Source of the DNA: an uncultured Nitrososphaerota archaeon
GTDB lineage: Archaea > Korarchaeota > Korarchaeia > Korarchaeales > Korarchaeaceae
Direction: 5' to 3'
NCBI GenBank assembly: GCA_964618805.1
Contig: CAZUBM010000004.1
Span: forward strand, 1-64,000
DNA length: 64,000 bases
The position numbers were made by a program, and so were the translations under genes. Shown here in pieces: positions 9,395 through 18,479 of the stretch. Under the pieces are notes generated by a model, which did not search any database, had not been told where the DNA came from, and worked only from the letters and a program-made list of their open reading frames with translations. Position 1 is the stretch's first letter. Each line of letters opens with the position of its first letter.

Positions 9395-9673
9395 ATGAGC
9401 AAGGATCAGGCCATCGGAGGCTTAATTCTCGTAGGTTCTATAGTGGTTTGTGTGGTTTACATCTATGCTCTTTTTTTGACTAGTGCAGAGATAGCTATTT
9501 TGGTGCTGAAGCTTACTGGCACCATTGCTGTGTTGGGAGTCTTTGGCATCTTGGCATGGATAGGTTACACGCTAGCGACAACACCTCCTCCACCTTCAAT
9601 TGAAGAGCTGGAAAAAGAACTTGGAAAGGAGCTAGAGGAGGTGGAGAAGGAGGAAAAGAAGGAGGAGAAGTAA
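9395..9673 (+). CDS. Small two-TM membrane protein with acidic/coiled tail, DPM2-like pattern
   Basis: MSKDQAIGGLIL...Y...ILAWIGYTLATTPPPP plus E/K-rich tail; paralog at 18064. Confidence 0.75.
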   Translation: MSKDQAIGGLILVGSIVVCVVYIYALFLTSAEIAILVLKLTGTIAVLGVFGILAWIGYTLATTPPPPSIEELEKELGKELEEVEKEEKKEEK

Positions 9674-9754
9674 CCTTCGAAGTAATTGCCAGTTAAGAAG
9701 GCTTTCAGTGAATGGATTGAGATTTTAACGAAGATGTGACCCGAGAACTTGCCT

Positions 9755-10034
9755 TTATTTAGGTAGTCTTTCCAAAGCCTCCTTTAATGCTTTTCATAGT
9801 ATTGTTTTAACATTTTCTAGTCTCATTTGATTCTTTAATTAACGTCTCAAGTATTAGTATAAGCTTTTCAGAGATCTTTTCATACTTCTCTAAGATTAAC
9901 TTGAAGTTTCACCAGTCCTTTTGGCGAATTCCCTAAACTCCTTCCAATATTCCATAAAGGCTGCCTGCATTGCTCCAAATCCTTCTTGAAGCTCATTATC
10001 CAACTCTCATAAATATTCCTAAACTCCTTTATCA
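9755..10034 (-). pseudogene. Frameshifted 3' remnant of the acylphosphatase-coiled-coil gene (paralog of 18480-19064)
   Basis: Direct DNA similarity to 18480-18825 with several indels. Lacks the 5' acylphosphatase part and 63 bp of heptad repeats. Confidence 0.85.
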
Positions 10035-10179
10035 GGAGGCATTGACTTCCCTTTCCTATTTAAATTCAATTATTTTCTAAGCCCATTTGCTTTCCTTTAC
10101 TTTCTGAAACCGCTTCTCTCGAGGGATACTTACGAGAATATATCTTTAAAGGAAAAGTAGTTGAGATAAGAAAAGACTC

Positions 10180-11094
10180 ATGAAAAGGGTGACAATTACC
10201 GGAGGAGCGGGCTTCATAGGGTATTGGACTGCAAGGCGTCTTATAGAAGAGGGATTTGAAGTAAAAATCCTCGATAATCTCCACACAGCCAGGATGTCTG
10301 ATAAGATAAGAGACCTAGGCCTGGATATAATTAAAGTAGACATAAGAGATATGGAAGCCCTTAAAAACGCATTTGAAGGTTCAGATTATGTTTTGCACCT
10401 TGCTGCGTTGCTTAGCGTTGAGGAATCTTCAGAAAAACCTCTGCTGTACCATGAAATTAACGTGACTGGAACCCTAAATGTCCTTAAGGCAGCGTTGGAA
10501 ACTGGAGTTGAAAAGGTGATCTACGCCTCAACAGCAGCCGTCTACGGTCCTTCTGATGAACTCCCGATAAAGGAAGATCATCCAACCAATCCTATTTCCT
10601 TCTATGGCGTGACAAAGCTTGCTGGTGAAGCCTATTGCTCCTTGTTTTATAGAACATACGGCCTAAAGACGATAATACTACGATACTTCAATGCATATGG
10701 GCCAGGGCAATCTCAGGAATATGCTGGGGTCATAAAGAGGTTCATCGAGAGGATTAAGCATGGAAAGCCTCCAGTGATATATGGGGACGGCTATCAGACC
10801 AGGGACTTCGTGCATGTTGAAGATATTGCTAATGCGAACTTCATTGCCTTCATCAGCAATGTAGACTTTGGAATATTCAATATAGCAAGTGGAAAATCGA
10901 TAACTATACTTGATCTGGCAAAGATGATCCTAGATCTCATGGATTCTAACCTTCAACCGGTCTTTGCTCCATCCAGAAAAGGGGACATAAGGCACAGCTT
11001 GGCAGACATACGCAAAGCCAAAGAAATACTAGGATTTGAGCCTCAGATAGATTTAAGGTCAGGAATAAGGAAGTTGATTGAAGAAGGAACTTAG
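10180..11094 (+). CDS. galE: NAD-dependent nucleotide-sugar epimerase/dehydratase (GalE-like extended SDR)
   Basis: ITGGAGFIG, HLAA, YGVTK (YxxxK), LRYFNAYGP, GDGYQTRDFVHV. Confidence 0.88.
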   Translation: MKRVTITGGAGFIGYWTARRLIEEGFEVKILDNLHTARMSDKIRDLGLDIIKVDIRDMEALKNAFEGSDYVLHLAALLSVEESSEKPLLYHEINVTGTLNVLKAALETGVEKVIYASTAAVYGPSDELPIKEDHPTNPISFYGVTKLAGEAYCSLFYRTYGLKTIILRYFNAYGPGQSQEYAGVIKRFIERIKHGKPPVIYGDGYQTRDFVHVEDIANANFIAFISNVDFGIFNIASGKSITILDLAKMILDLMDSNLQPVFAPSRKGDIRHSLADIRKAKEILGFEPQIDLRSGIRKLIEEGT

Positions 11095-11303
11095 ATGCTT
11101 GTGAATTCTATTGTTATTGCGACTAAAGGAGGGTGTGATTAGCATTTCTTCTTATTTCTCTATCATTTATCCAGTGAGACGCATTAAAAGAGGTATAAAG
11201 TCTACTGTACAATTAGAATTATCTGCAAATACTCCTTTAGTTTAATGTTCTTGATGTCGATGACCCGAGACTCTTGACTCCAATGATTTTTATATTACTT
11301 TAA

Positions 11304-11332
11304 AGTATGGGTTTTATGAGTATGGGTTTTAT
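11304..11332 (+). repeat. 14-bp direct repeat overlapping the ATPase start (candidate operator)
   Basis: AGTATGGGTTTTAT at 11304-11317 and 11319-11332, just downstream of a TTTATATT TATA-like box. Confidence 0.6.
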
Positions 11333-12548
11333 AATTCCCAGATTTAAAACTAAAGAGATTGAGGAGTCCAGGGGCTGGCTGCTTTTGTTTGGAAGGAGAA
11401 AAACTGGAAAAACTTTCCTAGTTAGGAATATGCTGAAATACGACTTCTACTTTTTTGTTGGCAGGGGCAGGAAGATATTCTTGGAAGAGCACGGGAAGGT
11501 AGAGTCCCTGCCGTACGAGGTGTTCATGGAAAGGCTGAGACATCTAATTGGAGAAGATGTTTTGATAGTAATAGACGAATTTCAGAGGTTGCCCGATGAT
11601 TTCCTAGACTTCTTGCACTACGCAAAGTCGAAATCTAGATCAAAGCTGATATTGGTGGGTTCAAGCATTCAGGTATCGAGGAGAATACTATCGAGACGAA
11701 GTCCCCTCCTAGGGATAATCAAGCCAATCCATATAGGCTTAATAAGACCTCTGGATATTTTATTGGAGCTTTCAAAGCGCTTTCCTCCGTACAAGGCGAT
11801 CCAACTCTCGTCGTTGTTAAGGGATCCCTGGATTCTGGAGTTCATCGATCCTAAGGGGAGCATTGAAGAGGTATTGGAGCAAATAATTCAAGCCATCAAA
11901 TACAACGCAAGAAGCCTTGTTGGAGAGGTCTTTCAGGAAGAGGAAAAGGAGTTAACTGAGAGATACGAGGCCATACTAAAAGCTTTGGGAGATGGCCGCA
12001 ATACTCCAAGTCAGGTGGCAAATTACGTATCTAGCCTGCTAACAACGCCTCTTAAATCTCAAGATGTGAAGAAGTACATATCAAACCTGGTCGAAATGGG
12101 AATAGCTGAGAAAATAAAGATCTACGGGAAGAAAAGGCATATCTACAGGATAGAGTCGCCACTCCTAGATCTTTTCCATTATCTAGACGCTAGATACGGC
12201 TTTTACGAGGTGGACCTGCCTATTGAGCTTCTTAGAGATAAGGCAATGGATAAACTTCCGTTCTACTATGAGAATTTCGTTGTAAAGCTATTTGCTGAGA
12301 TCCTGGGGTGTGAGGTTCAGAAGACATTCAAACCAGAGTTTGATGGCGTGCTAGTGAGAGGGAAGAGGCTGGTGGCGGTGATCGAAGTGAAATACGGTGT
12401 TGCCAATAGGAACGATTTGGCCAGATTTTTGGCTAAGACCGATGGGTGGAAGTGCCGTAAAATTCTAGTGGCAAAAGAAGCTGAGGAAATGGGTGAACTG
12501 GAGGTTTATACCCCAGAAAAGATAATGGATCTCATAAGAAAGAGATAG
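11307..12548 (+). CDS. Archaeal AAA-type ATPase with winged helix and C-terminal PD-(D/E)xK-like domain (DUF234-type architecture)
   Basis: FGRRKTGKT Walker A, IVIDEFQ Walker B, LILVGSS; C-terminal EFDG...IEVK. Start may be the ATG at 11322. Confidence 0.85.
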   Translation: MGFMSMGFIIPRFKTKEIEESRGWLLLFGRRKTGKTFLVRNMLKYDFYFFVGRGRKIFLEEHGKVESLPYEVFMERLRHLIGEDVLIVIDEFQRLPDDFLDFLHYAKSKSRSKLILVGSSIQVSRRILSRRSPLLGIIKPIHIGLIRPLDILLELSKRFPPYKAIQLSSLLRDPWILEFIDPKGSIEEVLEQIIQAIKYNARSLVGEVFQEEEKELTERYEAILKALGDGRNTPSQVANYVSSLLTTPLKSQDVKKYISNLVEMGIAEKIKIYGKKRHIYRIESPLLDLFHYLDARYGFYEVDLPIELLRDKAMDKLPFYYENFVVKLFAEILGCEVQKTFKPEFDGVLVRGKRLVAVIEVKYGVANRNDLARFLAKTDGWKCRKILVAKEAEEMGELEVYTPEKIMDLIRKR

Positions 12549-12743
12549 AGAAAGAGAGAGAAGAAAATAATCATATTGGTTAAGGGCGCTGGTAAGGTTA
12601 TTGAGGAGGGATTAGAACTCTATAGTGAAGGCAAGTCAGGGCTTAAATATGTTTGGAGCCCTCAAGACATCCTTCTTAATTTTTTCTTGATGGGTTGGGA
12701 AGATAGGATAAATAGAACCTCCTAGAGGAGAGGTTCCTCTCTC

Positions 12744-13478
12744 CTAGAAACCAAAGAAGTTCCTCAGGCTTAGAGTTATGATAATAGAGGCTGTTATGAT
12801 CATGAGTAAGCGCGCTGGTAACTTCTTACACGTATAAGCTGCTAAGGGGGCAGCAGCCACTCCTCCTAAAATAAGCCCAATTACAACGTCCCAGTACTTT
12901 AACCCTATCAGGGAAGAGAACACTACAACCTCCGTTACGGTTACAAAGAACTCTGCTAAGTTCACCGAGCCTATTGTGATCTGAGGGTTGTGTCCTCCAG
13001 CCAATAAGGTGGAAGTTACAATTGGACCCCACCCTCCTCCGCCGACAGCATCAAAGAAACCGCCTACAGCGCCAAGCAGAGGTATATTTCGAACTTTAAA
13101 GGGAAAACTCCATCTTCTTAAGGCTTTGATGAGTATTAAAGAGCCCATAGCAAGGAGGTAAAGGCTCACAAAGGGCTTAAGAAAGCTCCCAACCGTAGAA
13201 CAAAGATAAGCGCCGAGAGCTCCAGAAACTATTCCGGGGACGAGTAATCTTAGACTCACTCTCCAATCTACATTCCCTGCCTTAAGGTGGGAAATTCCAG
13301 AGGCAAGTGTTGTGAATATCTCTGCAGTATGGACGCTTGCACTTGCAATAGCTGGGCTCAACCCAGCACTGATTAAAGCAGTTGTCGATGAGACCCCATA
13401 GGCCATCCCTAAAGCTCCATCAATGAGCTGAGCTAGGAAGCCAATGATCGCGTACAGTAACAGGGTGTCAATGTTCAA
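12744..13478 (-). CDS. TauE/SafE (TSUP) family sulfur-compound permease
   Basis: AQLIDGALGMAYG and FDAVGGGGWGP motifs, ~8 TM helices; last gene of the sat-cysC operon. Confidence 0.9.
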   Translation of the reverse strand: MNIDTLLLYAIIGFLAQLIDGALGMAYGVSSTTALISAGLSPAIASASVHTAEIFTTLASGISHLKAGNVDWRVSLRLLVPGIVSGALGAYLCSTVGSFLKPFVSLYLLAMGSLILIKALRRWSFPFKVRNIPLLGAVGGFFDAVGGGGWGPIVTSTLLAGGHNPQITIGSVNLAEFFVTVTEVVVFSSLIGLKYWDVVIGLILGGVAAAPLAAYTCKKLPARLLMIITASIIITLSLRNFFGF

Positions 13479-14022
13479 TTTCCTCCCCTTTTATATAGCC
13501 TAGCCTGAGGAGCTTAGCCATTATTCGCTTAGCGCACTCGTCTGGACTTTCCCTCTCGCTGTCAACTACGACTTCGGGGCTTAGGGGCTCCTCATAAGGG
13601 TCTTGAATTCCTGTCATGTCCTTGATCTCCCCAGCTAGGGCTTTATGGTAGAGACCTTTCGGATCCCGTTTCATACAGGTCTCCAAAGAGCACTTAACGT
13701 AGACCTCTACGAAGTCCCCTATGAACTGGCGGGCGAAGTCCCTGGTTGAGCGGTAAGGCGATACAAATGAAGCTATAACCACAACTCCATTCCGAGCCAA
13801 AAGGTGACTGACGTAAGCTACCCTCCTTAGATGGCGCTCCCTGTCCTCCCTGCTGAACCCTGCCTCGGGACTCAGCCACCTCCTGGCCTCGTCCCCGTCC
13901 AAGACCTCGACCTTGAGGCCCCTTTCCCTTAACTCCTTCTCCAGCTTCCTGGCAATCGTGGTCTTTCCTGAGGCTGGCAGCCCGGTAAGCCAGACCACAA
14001 AACCCCTTTCCTTGCTTCCCAT
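13468..14022 (-). CDS. cysC: Adenylyl-sulfate (APS) kinase
   Basis: VWLTGLPASGKTT, LDGDEAR, SFVSPYR, RDPKGLY, TGIQDPYEEP. Confidence 0.96.
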   Translation of the reverse strand: MGSKERGFVVWLTGLPASGKTTIARKLEKELRERGLKVEVLDGDEARRWLSPEAGFSREDRERHLRRVAYVSHLLARNGVVVIASFVSPYRSTRDFARQFIGDFVEVYVKCSLETCMKRDPKGLYHKALAGEIKDMTGIQDPYEEPLSPEVVVDSERESPDECAKRIMAKLLRLGYIKGEEIEH

Positions 14023-15419
14023 CAGGATACCTCCACCAAGGCCTTACCCCTCATTTTAGCCAATTCTTTGGCATCGAAACCCATTAAGGCTAGGACCGTT
14101 GGCGCCACATCGTATATGGAAGCCTTGGCCTCTCCCTGTTTAAGCCTTCCCTCTGGATCGTGGACAAGATATATGCCATCCCAATCGTGCACCGCATCAT
14201 CTGGCCCCGTGTCGTTTTCGGGCAGGTACCAAGTGCCGTGTCCAACCGTGCCAGCCGACCTCCAGTTCAGGTCGTCGAAGTAGACGATCATATCTGGGGC
14301 ATCCCCTCTAACTACGGGGTAGAGGTCCCTCGGCCTGTACGTCATGGTCCTCATTTCTCTTCCTTCAGGGTCCCTTACAGATTTCAGATCGTCTGCTAGC
14401 TGTCCCAACGTGGCTTCGAAGTCCTCCTTGCTAACCCTTCCCATTGGCTCTCTTCCCTTGAGGTTAACGAATATCCTCGCGTAGTAGCCTCCCCAACCCC
14501 AAGCAATCGTCCTTTCCCAGTTTATCTTTGCCTTCTTAAGCTCTGTCTGCTCCTTGGGCCTGTCCTCAAAGTAGAGGTATCCGTTATCGGCCAGCCATTC
14601 GTTAACGGCAAAGGCTCCTGTCATGGCCTTAGCCCCGTGATCCGAAACCACGAGCACGAATGCATTGCCAGCAGCCTTAACAAATCTCCCAATTCCCTCA
14701 TCAAGCAGTTTGTAGTAGCTCTCTGCAACTCCCTCGAACTCACTGTTTGAAACGTGCCTTGGATGCTCTGGATCGAAGAACTTCCAGAAGGCGTGGTGAA
14801 GCCTATCTAAACCTATTTCTACGTACCAGAAGAGGTCCCATGCCTTCACCTTCGCAAGGTGCTCTGCAACCCTTAGATGCTGCTTCGTCATTTCGAAGAG
14901 CCTTTCCACAAGAGGCCCCCTTTCCTCAACCCTGAACTCGACGTCGTGGGTAAAAGGCCCCCCTATTACCCTCTCAATTTCTAAGCGGAGCCAAGGGGGG
15001 TATGTGTAGCTCTTTGCAGTGCTTGGAGTGTGGAAGTCGCTTATCATCCAACCGCTTATTTTTCTAGGAGGATATGAGGGAGGAAAGGCTATGAGAAGAG
15101 ATTTCTTCCCTTCTTTAGCTATTATATCCCAGACAGCTGGCTCCTTAAGCTCTCTTGATGTAACTAGGTAGAACTCCCTGTACTCTCCGGGCTTTCTGTG
15201 CCTAAACCCGTACATACCAAGCTCTCCTGGGGTCTTGCTGGTTGCCATGACTGCCCACGCTGGAACCGTAATTGGAGGATGACAGCTTCTAAGAGGACCA
15301 TACTTTGCCCCATCCATGAGTTCAGAGAGGTTAGGCATCTCTGATAGGAACCTATCGAAGGCAAGGGATGGGGGAGCTGAATCCAAACCTATTACCATGA
15401 CTCTCTTGCTATCTCCCAT
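14022..15419 (-). CDS. Alkaline-phosphatase-superfamily (NPP/type I phosphodiesterase-like) protein
   Basis: VIGLDSA, PPITVPAW (Thr nucleophile), DRLHHAFW, VVSDHG, DDAVHDWDG. No signal peptide. Overlaps the cysC start. Confidence 0.85.
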   Translation of the reverse strand: MGDSKRVMVIGLDSAPPSLAFDRFLSEMPNLSELMDGAKYGPLRSCHPPITVPAWAVMATSKTPGELGMYGFRHRKPGEYREFYLVTSRELKEPAVWDIIAKEGKKSLLIAFPPSYPPRKISGWMISDFHTPSTAKSYTYPPWLRLEIERVIGGPFTHDVEFRVEERGPLVERLFEMTKQHLRVAEHLAKVKAWDLFWYVEIGLDRLHHAFWKFFDPEHPRHVSNSEFEGVAESYYKLLDEGIGRFVKAAGNAFVLVVSDHGAKAMTGAFAVNEWLADNGYLYFEDRPKEQTELKKAKINWERTIAWGWGGYYARIFVNLKGREPMGRVSKEDFEATLGQLADDLKSVRDPEGREMRTMTYRPRDLYPVVRGDAPDMIVYFDDLNWRSAGTVGHGTWYLPENDTGPDDAVHDWDGIYLVHDPEGRLKQGEAKASIYDVAPTVLALMGFDAKELAKMRGKALVEVS

Positions 15420-15472
15420 CAGATCACTTCCCTATACATCTAAAATCCCTTGAACGGAAATTGACCAAAAGA

Positions 15473-16621
15473 TCACCTCACGAACGGATCTTCGAAGCTC
15501 AAGATCACCTCAGCAATCTCTGGTCTCATTACTTCTGGAGGAGGCGTTTTCCCCTGCATAATAAGCTTCCTTATCTCGGTCCCGCTGAACCTTATCCTGT
15601 CCGACTCCAGGTGAGGACATGTCTTCTCATTTACTAAAGCCTCGCACTTATGGCAATAGAAGAACTCCCTGAAGAAAAGAGGGGTTATTCCAAGGTCAGG
15701 GAACTCCTTAAAGATCTCCTGAGCAGCGTATGGCGGATAGAAGTTGCCAACCCCGGCGTGATCCCTTCCAACGATGAAGTGGGTGCACCCAAAGTTCTTC
15801 CTCATTATTGCATGGTGAACTGCTTCTCTAGGCCCCGCATATCGCATCTCATAACGAAGAATCGCAAGGACAGCAGTATCCCTTGGATAATAGTTTTCTA
15901 TGAGCACGCGGTAGGCTTCTAATATTACATCATCCCTGAAGTCCCCAGGCTTCTTCCTCCCTATCACTGGATTGACGAAGAGGCCATCAACAAGCGCTAG
16001 TGCCGTCTTTTGAATGGCTTCATGCCCTCTATGTGGAGCATTTCTTGTTTGAAAGCCAACAACGGTCTTCCAACCCTTTTCCTTGAAGAGAACCCTGGTC
16101 TCCTTTGGCCAGAGGGTATACCTCTCATAGGGATTTGGAACCGAGCTAAGAAGGTTTATCCTCCCCCCAACAAGTACTTCTCCCATTTCCTTAACCATCT
16201 TAACCCCTGGATGTCTCTCATCCTCTGTGCCAAAGACGGCTCTAGCCAGCTCATGCTTTTCATTCTTATAGATCTCCTCAACCTCCATCGTGGCCAACGG
16301 CATCTCATGAAGGGAAAGAAGGATTTCATCGCCCTCTGATAAATCCTTAGCCTCCTCTTCGCTCAGATCAAGGAGTATAGGCATGGTCCACGGGACGTCG
16401 TTGGTAAGCCTCATCTCCTCCAGGCAGGTTCTTAGGTCTTCGCTGAGCATGAAGCCTTCTAGAGGGCTATATACTCCCCTAGCCAGGTTTTCTACTTCTA
16501 CAGCTTTTTCCAGATTTATCTTAATGGTCTGAAATTCTGACGCCTTAGCTAGTATCCTCTCCCTCCTACTCTCACTGGCCACTCTACTTATCAACCTGCC
16601 TCCGTGGGGCCTTGAGACCAT
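15473..16621 (-). CDS. sat: Sulfate adenylyltransferase (ATP sulfurylase, Sat type)
   Basis: PHGGRL, YSPLEGFM, FQTRNAPHRGHE, MRYAGPREA, HFIVGRDHAGVG, SGTEIR. Start taken at the ATG after GAGGTG (the ORF track starts at 16636). Confidence 0.96.
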   Translation of the reverse strand: MVSRPHGGRLISRVASESRRERILAKASEFQTIKINLEKAVEVENLARGVYSPLEGFMLSEDLRTCLEEMRLTNDVPWTMPILLDLSEEEAKDLSEGDEILLSLHEMPLATMEVEEIYKNEKHELARAVFGTEDERHPGVKMVKEMGEVLVGGRINLLSSVPNPYERYTLWPKETRVLFKEKGWKTVVGFQTRNAPHRGHEAIQKTALALVDGLFVNPVIGRKKPGDFRDDVILEAYRVLIENYYPRDTAVLAILRYEMRYAGPREAVHHAIMRKNFGCTHFIVGRDHAGVGNFYPPYAAQEIFKEFPDLGITPLFFREFFYCHKCEALVNEKTCPHLESDRIRFSGTEIRKLIMQGKTPPPEVMRPEIAEVILSFEDPFVR

Positions 16622-16632
16622 GGTAACACACC

Positions 16633-16851
16633 TCATTCAAGGTAGCCAAGAGCCCTTAGCCTTCGCTTTATTCGCTCCTCGTCTTCCTTCGTGAAGTCAA
16701 GCTTGGACTCCTCATAGGAGGCGACGAGCTCTCTGAGGACGTAAGTAACGTAGTCACTTACTGAGGAAAAGCCAGTGCCTTCTATCATCTTCTTAACTTT
16801 CTCATAGAGAGATACTGGGATGGATACCGTGGTATAACGACTTTTTCTCAC
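16633..16851 (-). CDS. Ribbon-helix-helix (CopG family) transcriptional regulator
   Basis: YTTVSIPVSLYEKVKKMIEGTGFSSVSDYVTYVLRE; C-terminal IKRRLRALGYLE. Confidence 0.88.
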   Translation of the reverse strand: MRKSRYTTVSIPVSLYEKVKKMIEGTGFSSVSDYVTYVLRELVASYEESKLDFTKEDEERIKRRLRALGYLE

Positions 16852-17043
16852 AAAATTTCATTAGATTCGTTATAATTAAAAAATATTTCTATGTAATTAC
16901 AAGACTAGAAGGCAGATAAAACAAATGCAAACCATCAAAACCGCTTATTTCAACAAAATTTGACGTTTTTAATTATGATTCATATATATTGATTGATCTC
17001 GTTTAAGATCTCGCTTTCAAACTCGACTTGAACTTGATTGAAG

Positions 17044-17412
17044 TCAAAAACGCCTTAAATCCAAGATCGGACTTTCCCCATCAAATAGGTCGAAACTTTC
17101 TACCCTCCAGAACACTCTCTTATCTATGCCATGAATGAAAACGAGTAGAACCTCTTCCAGCCCATGGGAGGGCCGTAGCTTAATGTAGCTCCAATTGTTT
17201 GAGATGTTTCCAGAGATTCAAGAAACGATGAGCTTGTCCCATGGAGGCAGGTTAAGCTCCTTAGCAACCTCATATCTAATGTGCTGTGGAGGTCCTGCAT
17301 AAACAAACTGCGAAAGAGCTGAAACTATGTATATTGCAAGGAAGATAATGGAAATCGACTTCCTCAATTTTACTGTTAGCACCCTGAATTTCATTTCTCC
17401 CAGCTTGACCAA
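17044..17412 (-). pseudogene. Truncated secreted protein, similar to the N-terminus of transglutaminase-like (TgpA-type) proteins; in-frame TGA at 17218-17220
   Basis: Signal peptide. Reading through the TGA gives ...RVFWRVESFDLFDG, resembling the YWRxxxFDxFDG motif, then a stop at 17044. Confidence 0.4.
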
Positions 17413-17416
17413 GATA

Positions 17417-17710
17417 TCAGCCTTTAGCCATTAAAACAGTTGGTAATGAATTCTCTGGGCACTTCAAGCCCCATCTAATAACTCTAAAGACAGTCTCAGT
17501 GACCTTCCCGCCTGGGGAGATGCTCACAGAATCTATTATCACGGGCCTGCCTAATGACATGGAGATGGCGCAAGTAATTGCGCTGCAAAAGGGACATCCA
17601 ATTCTCTCGCACATTCCTGGGAATTCTGACTCGATCTCTTTGCAAAAGCCCCTGCCTATTACGTCCTCCATTCTGATGATGAGATCTCCTTCAATGAGAA
17701 ACTCAAAATC
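17417..17710 (-). pseudogene. 3' fragment of a conserved archaeal Cys-containing (V4R-like) protein, cut at the duplication breakpoint
   Basis: FCKE...MCERIGCPFCSAITCAISMSLGRPVII. The annotated 5' part of ORF 17417-17797 is just the antisense of the manC fragment. Confidence 0.55.
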
Positions 17711-17716
17711 AAGGGG

Positions 17717-17908
17717 GTGGCCAAGGTTACGAAAGGAAATGAGGTTTTCTTCCTTAGACCACAGGAGAGCACATTCGTTCCACCTGGGGTCTTGCACAGG
17801 CTCGAAAATCTAGGAAAGATTCCTTTGGAGGTAATAGAAGTACAGAACGGGGAGTACATAGAGGAAGACGATATTCTTAGGGTCGAAGATGACTATAAGA
17901 GGACTTAA
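17717..17908 (+). pseudogene. manC: Duplicated 3' fragment of manC (last ~63 aa of the cupin domain)
   Basis: Protein nearly identical to the C-terminus of 7837-9240 with many synonymous changes; 5' part absent. Confidence 0.85.
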
Positions 17909-18063
17909 TTGCTGGAAGCTTGCTGTAAAACGAGATCAGGAGTAAGCATGTCACAAGTCCCAATTTCTGGAGTAATACACCCAACTGTGTTACAGTTAAT
18001 GCGGAGATTCTGAGCAAATTGATCAAATTTTTATTATTCTCGATCTATCGAGAAGGGATATAA

Positions 18064-18342
18064 ATGAGTAAGGATCAGGCAATTGGAGGCTTAATCCTTC
18101 TGATTTCCATAGTTGTTTGCATAGCTTACGTTTATGCTCTCTTTTTGACTAACGCTAAGATAGCCATGTTGGTGCTAAAGCTCACCGGTACTGTCGCTGT
18201 TTTGGGAGTCTTTGGAATCCTGGGATGGATAGGCTACACTTTGGCAACAACACCACCTCCTCCTCCAATTGGAGAATTGGAAAAGGAGCTAGAGAAAGAG
18301 TTAGAGCAGATGGAGAAAGAGGAAAAGGAGGAAGAGAAATAG
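18064..18342 (+). CDS. Small two-TM membrane protein, DPM2-like pattern (paralog of 9395-9673)
   Basis: MSKDQAIGGLILL...ILGWIGYTLATTPPPPP; same length as its paralog. Confidence 0.75.
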   Translation: MSKDQAIGGLILLISIVVCIAYVYALFLTNAKIAMLVLKLTGTVAVLGVFGILGWIGYTLATTPPPPPIGELEKELEKELEQMEKEEKEEEK

Positions 18343-18479
18343 AGGAACTTAGAGCTCTCCATCACTAGCTAGATCGTTTTCTCAGCAGGAATCGAGAACT
18401 TCTGCATGGAGCAATTTTAGGAGAAGTGCATATTGATGTAAATCCAAAACTGAACCAATGATTTTCAATAAATTACTTT

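Larger units (their letters stand above)
9043..11094 (+). repeat. Copy A of a diverged segmental duplication (partner 17711-20267)
   Basis: Same order in both copies: manC 3' end, 92-aa membrane protein, acylphosphatase-coiled-coil gene (remnant here), GalE-like gene. Intergenic DNA is also alignable. Confidence 0.88.

Noticed and set aside
9736-11271. Shared 10-mer TGACCCGAGA at ~9737 and ~11262 as a target-site duplication
   Set aside because: Too short, and it does not bound a coherent element.
12715-12746. Hairpin GAACCTC...GAGGTTC between convergent genes as a terminator
   Set aside because: Short, with no clear U-tract. Archaeal termination does not generally need hairpins, so support is insufficient.
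15473-16621. Dissimilatory sulfate reduction
   Set aside because: Sat is paired with APS kinase, and no aprAB, qmo or dsr genes are in the window.
17218-17220. In-frame TGA as selenocysteine or readthrough
   Set aside because: No redox-motif context, the frame ends ~57 codons later, and the surrounding DNA is a rearrangement scar. A Trp-to-stop mutation is simpler.
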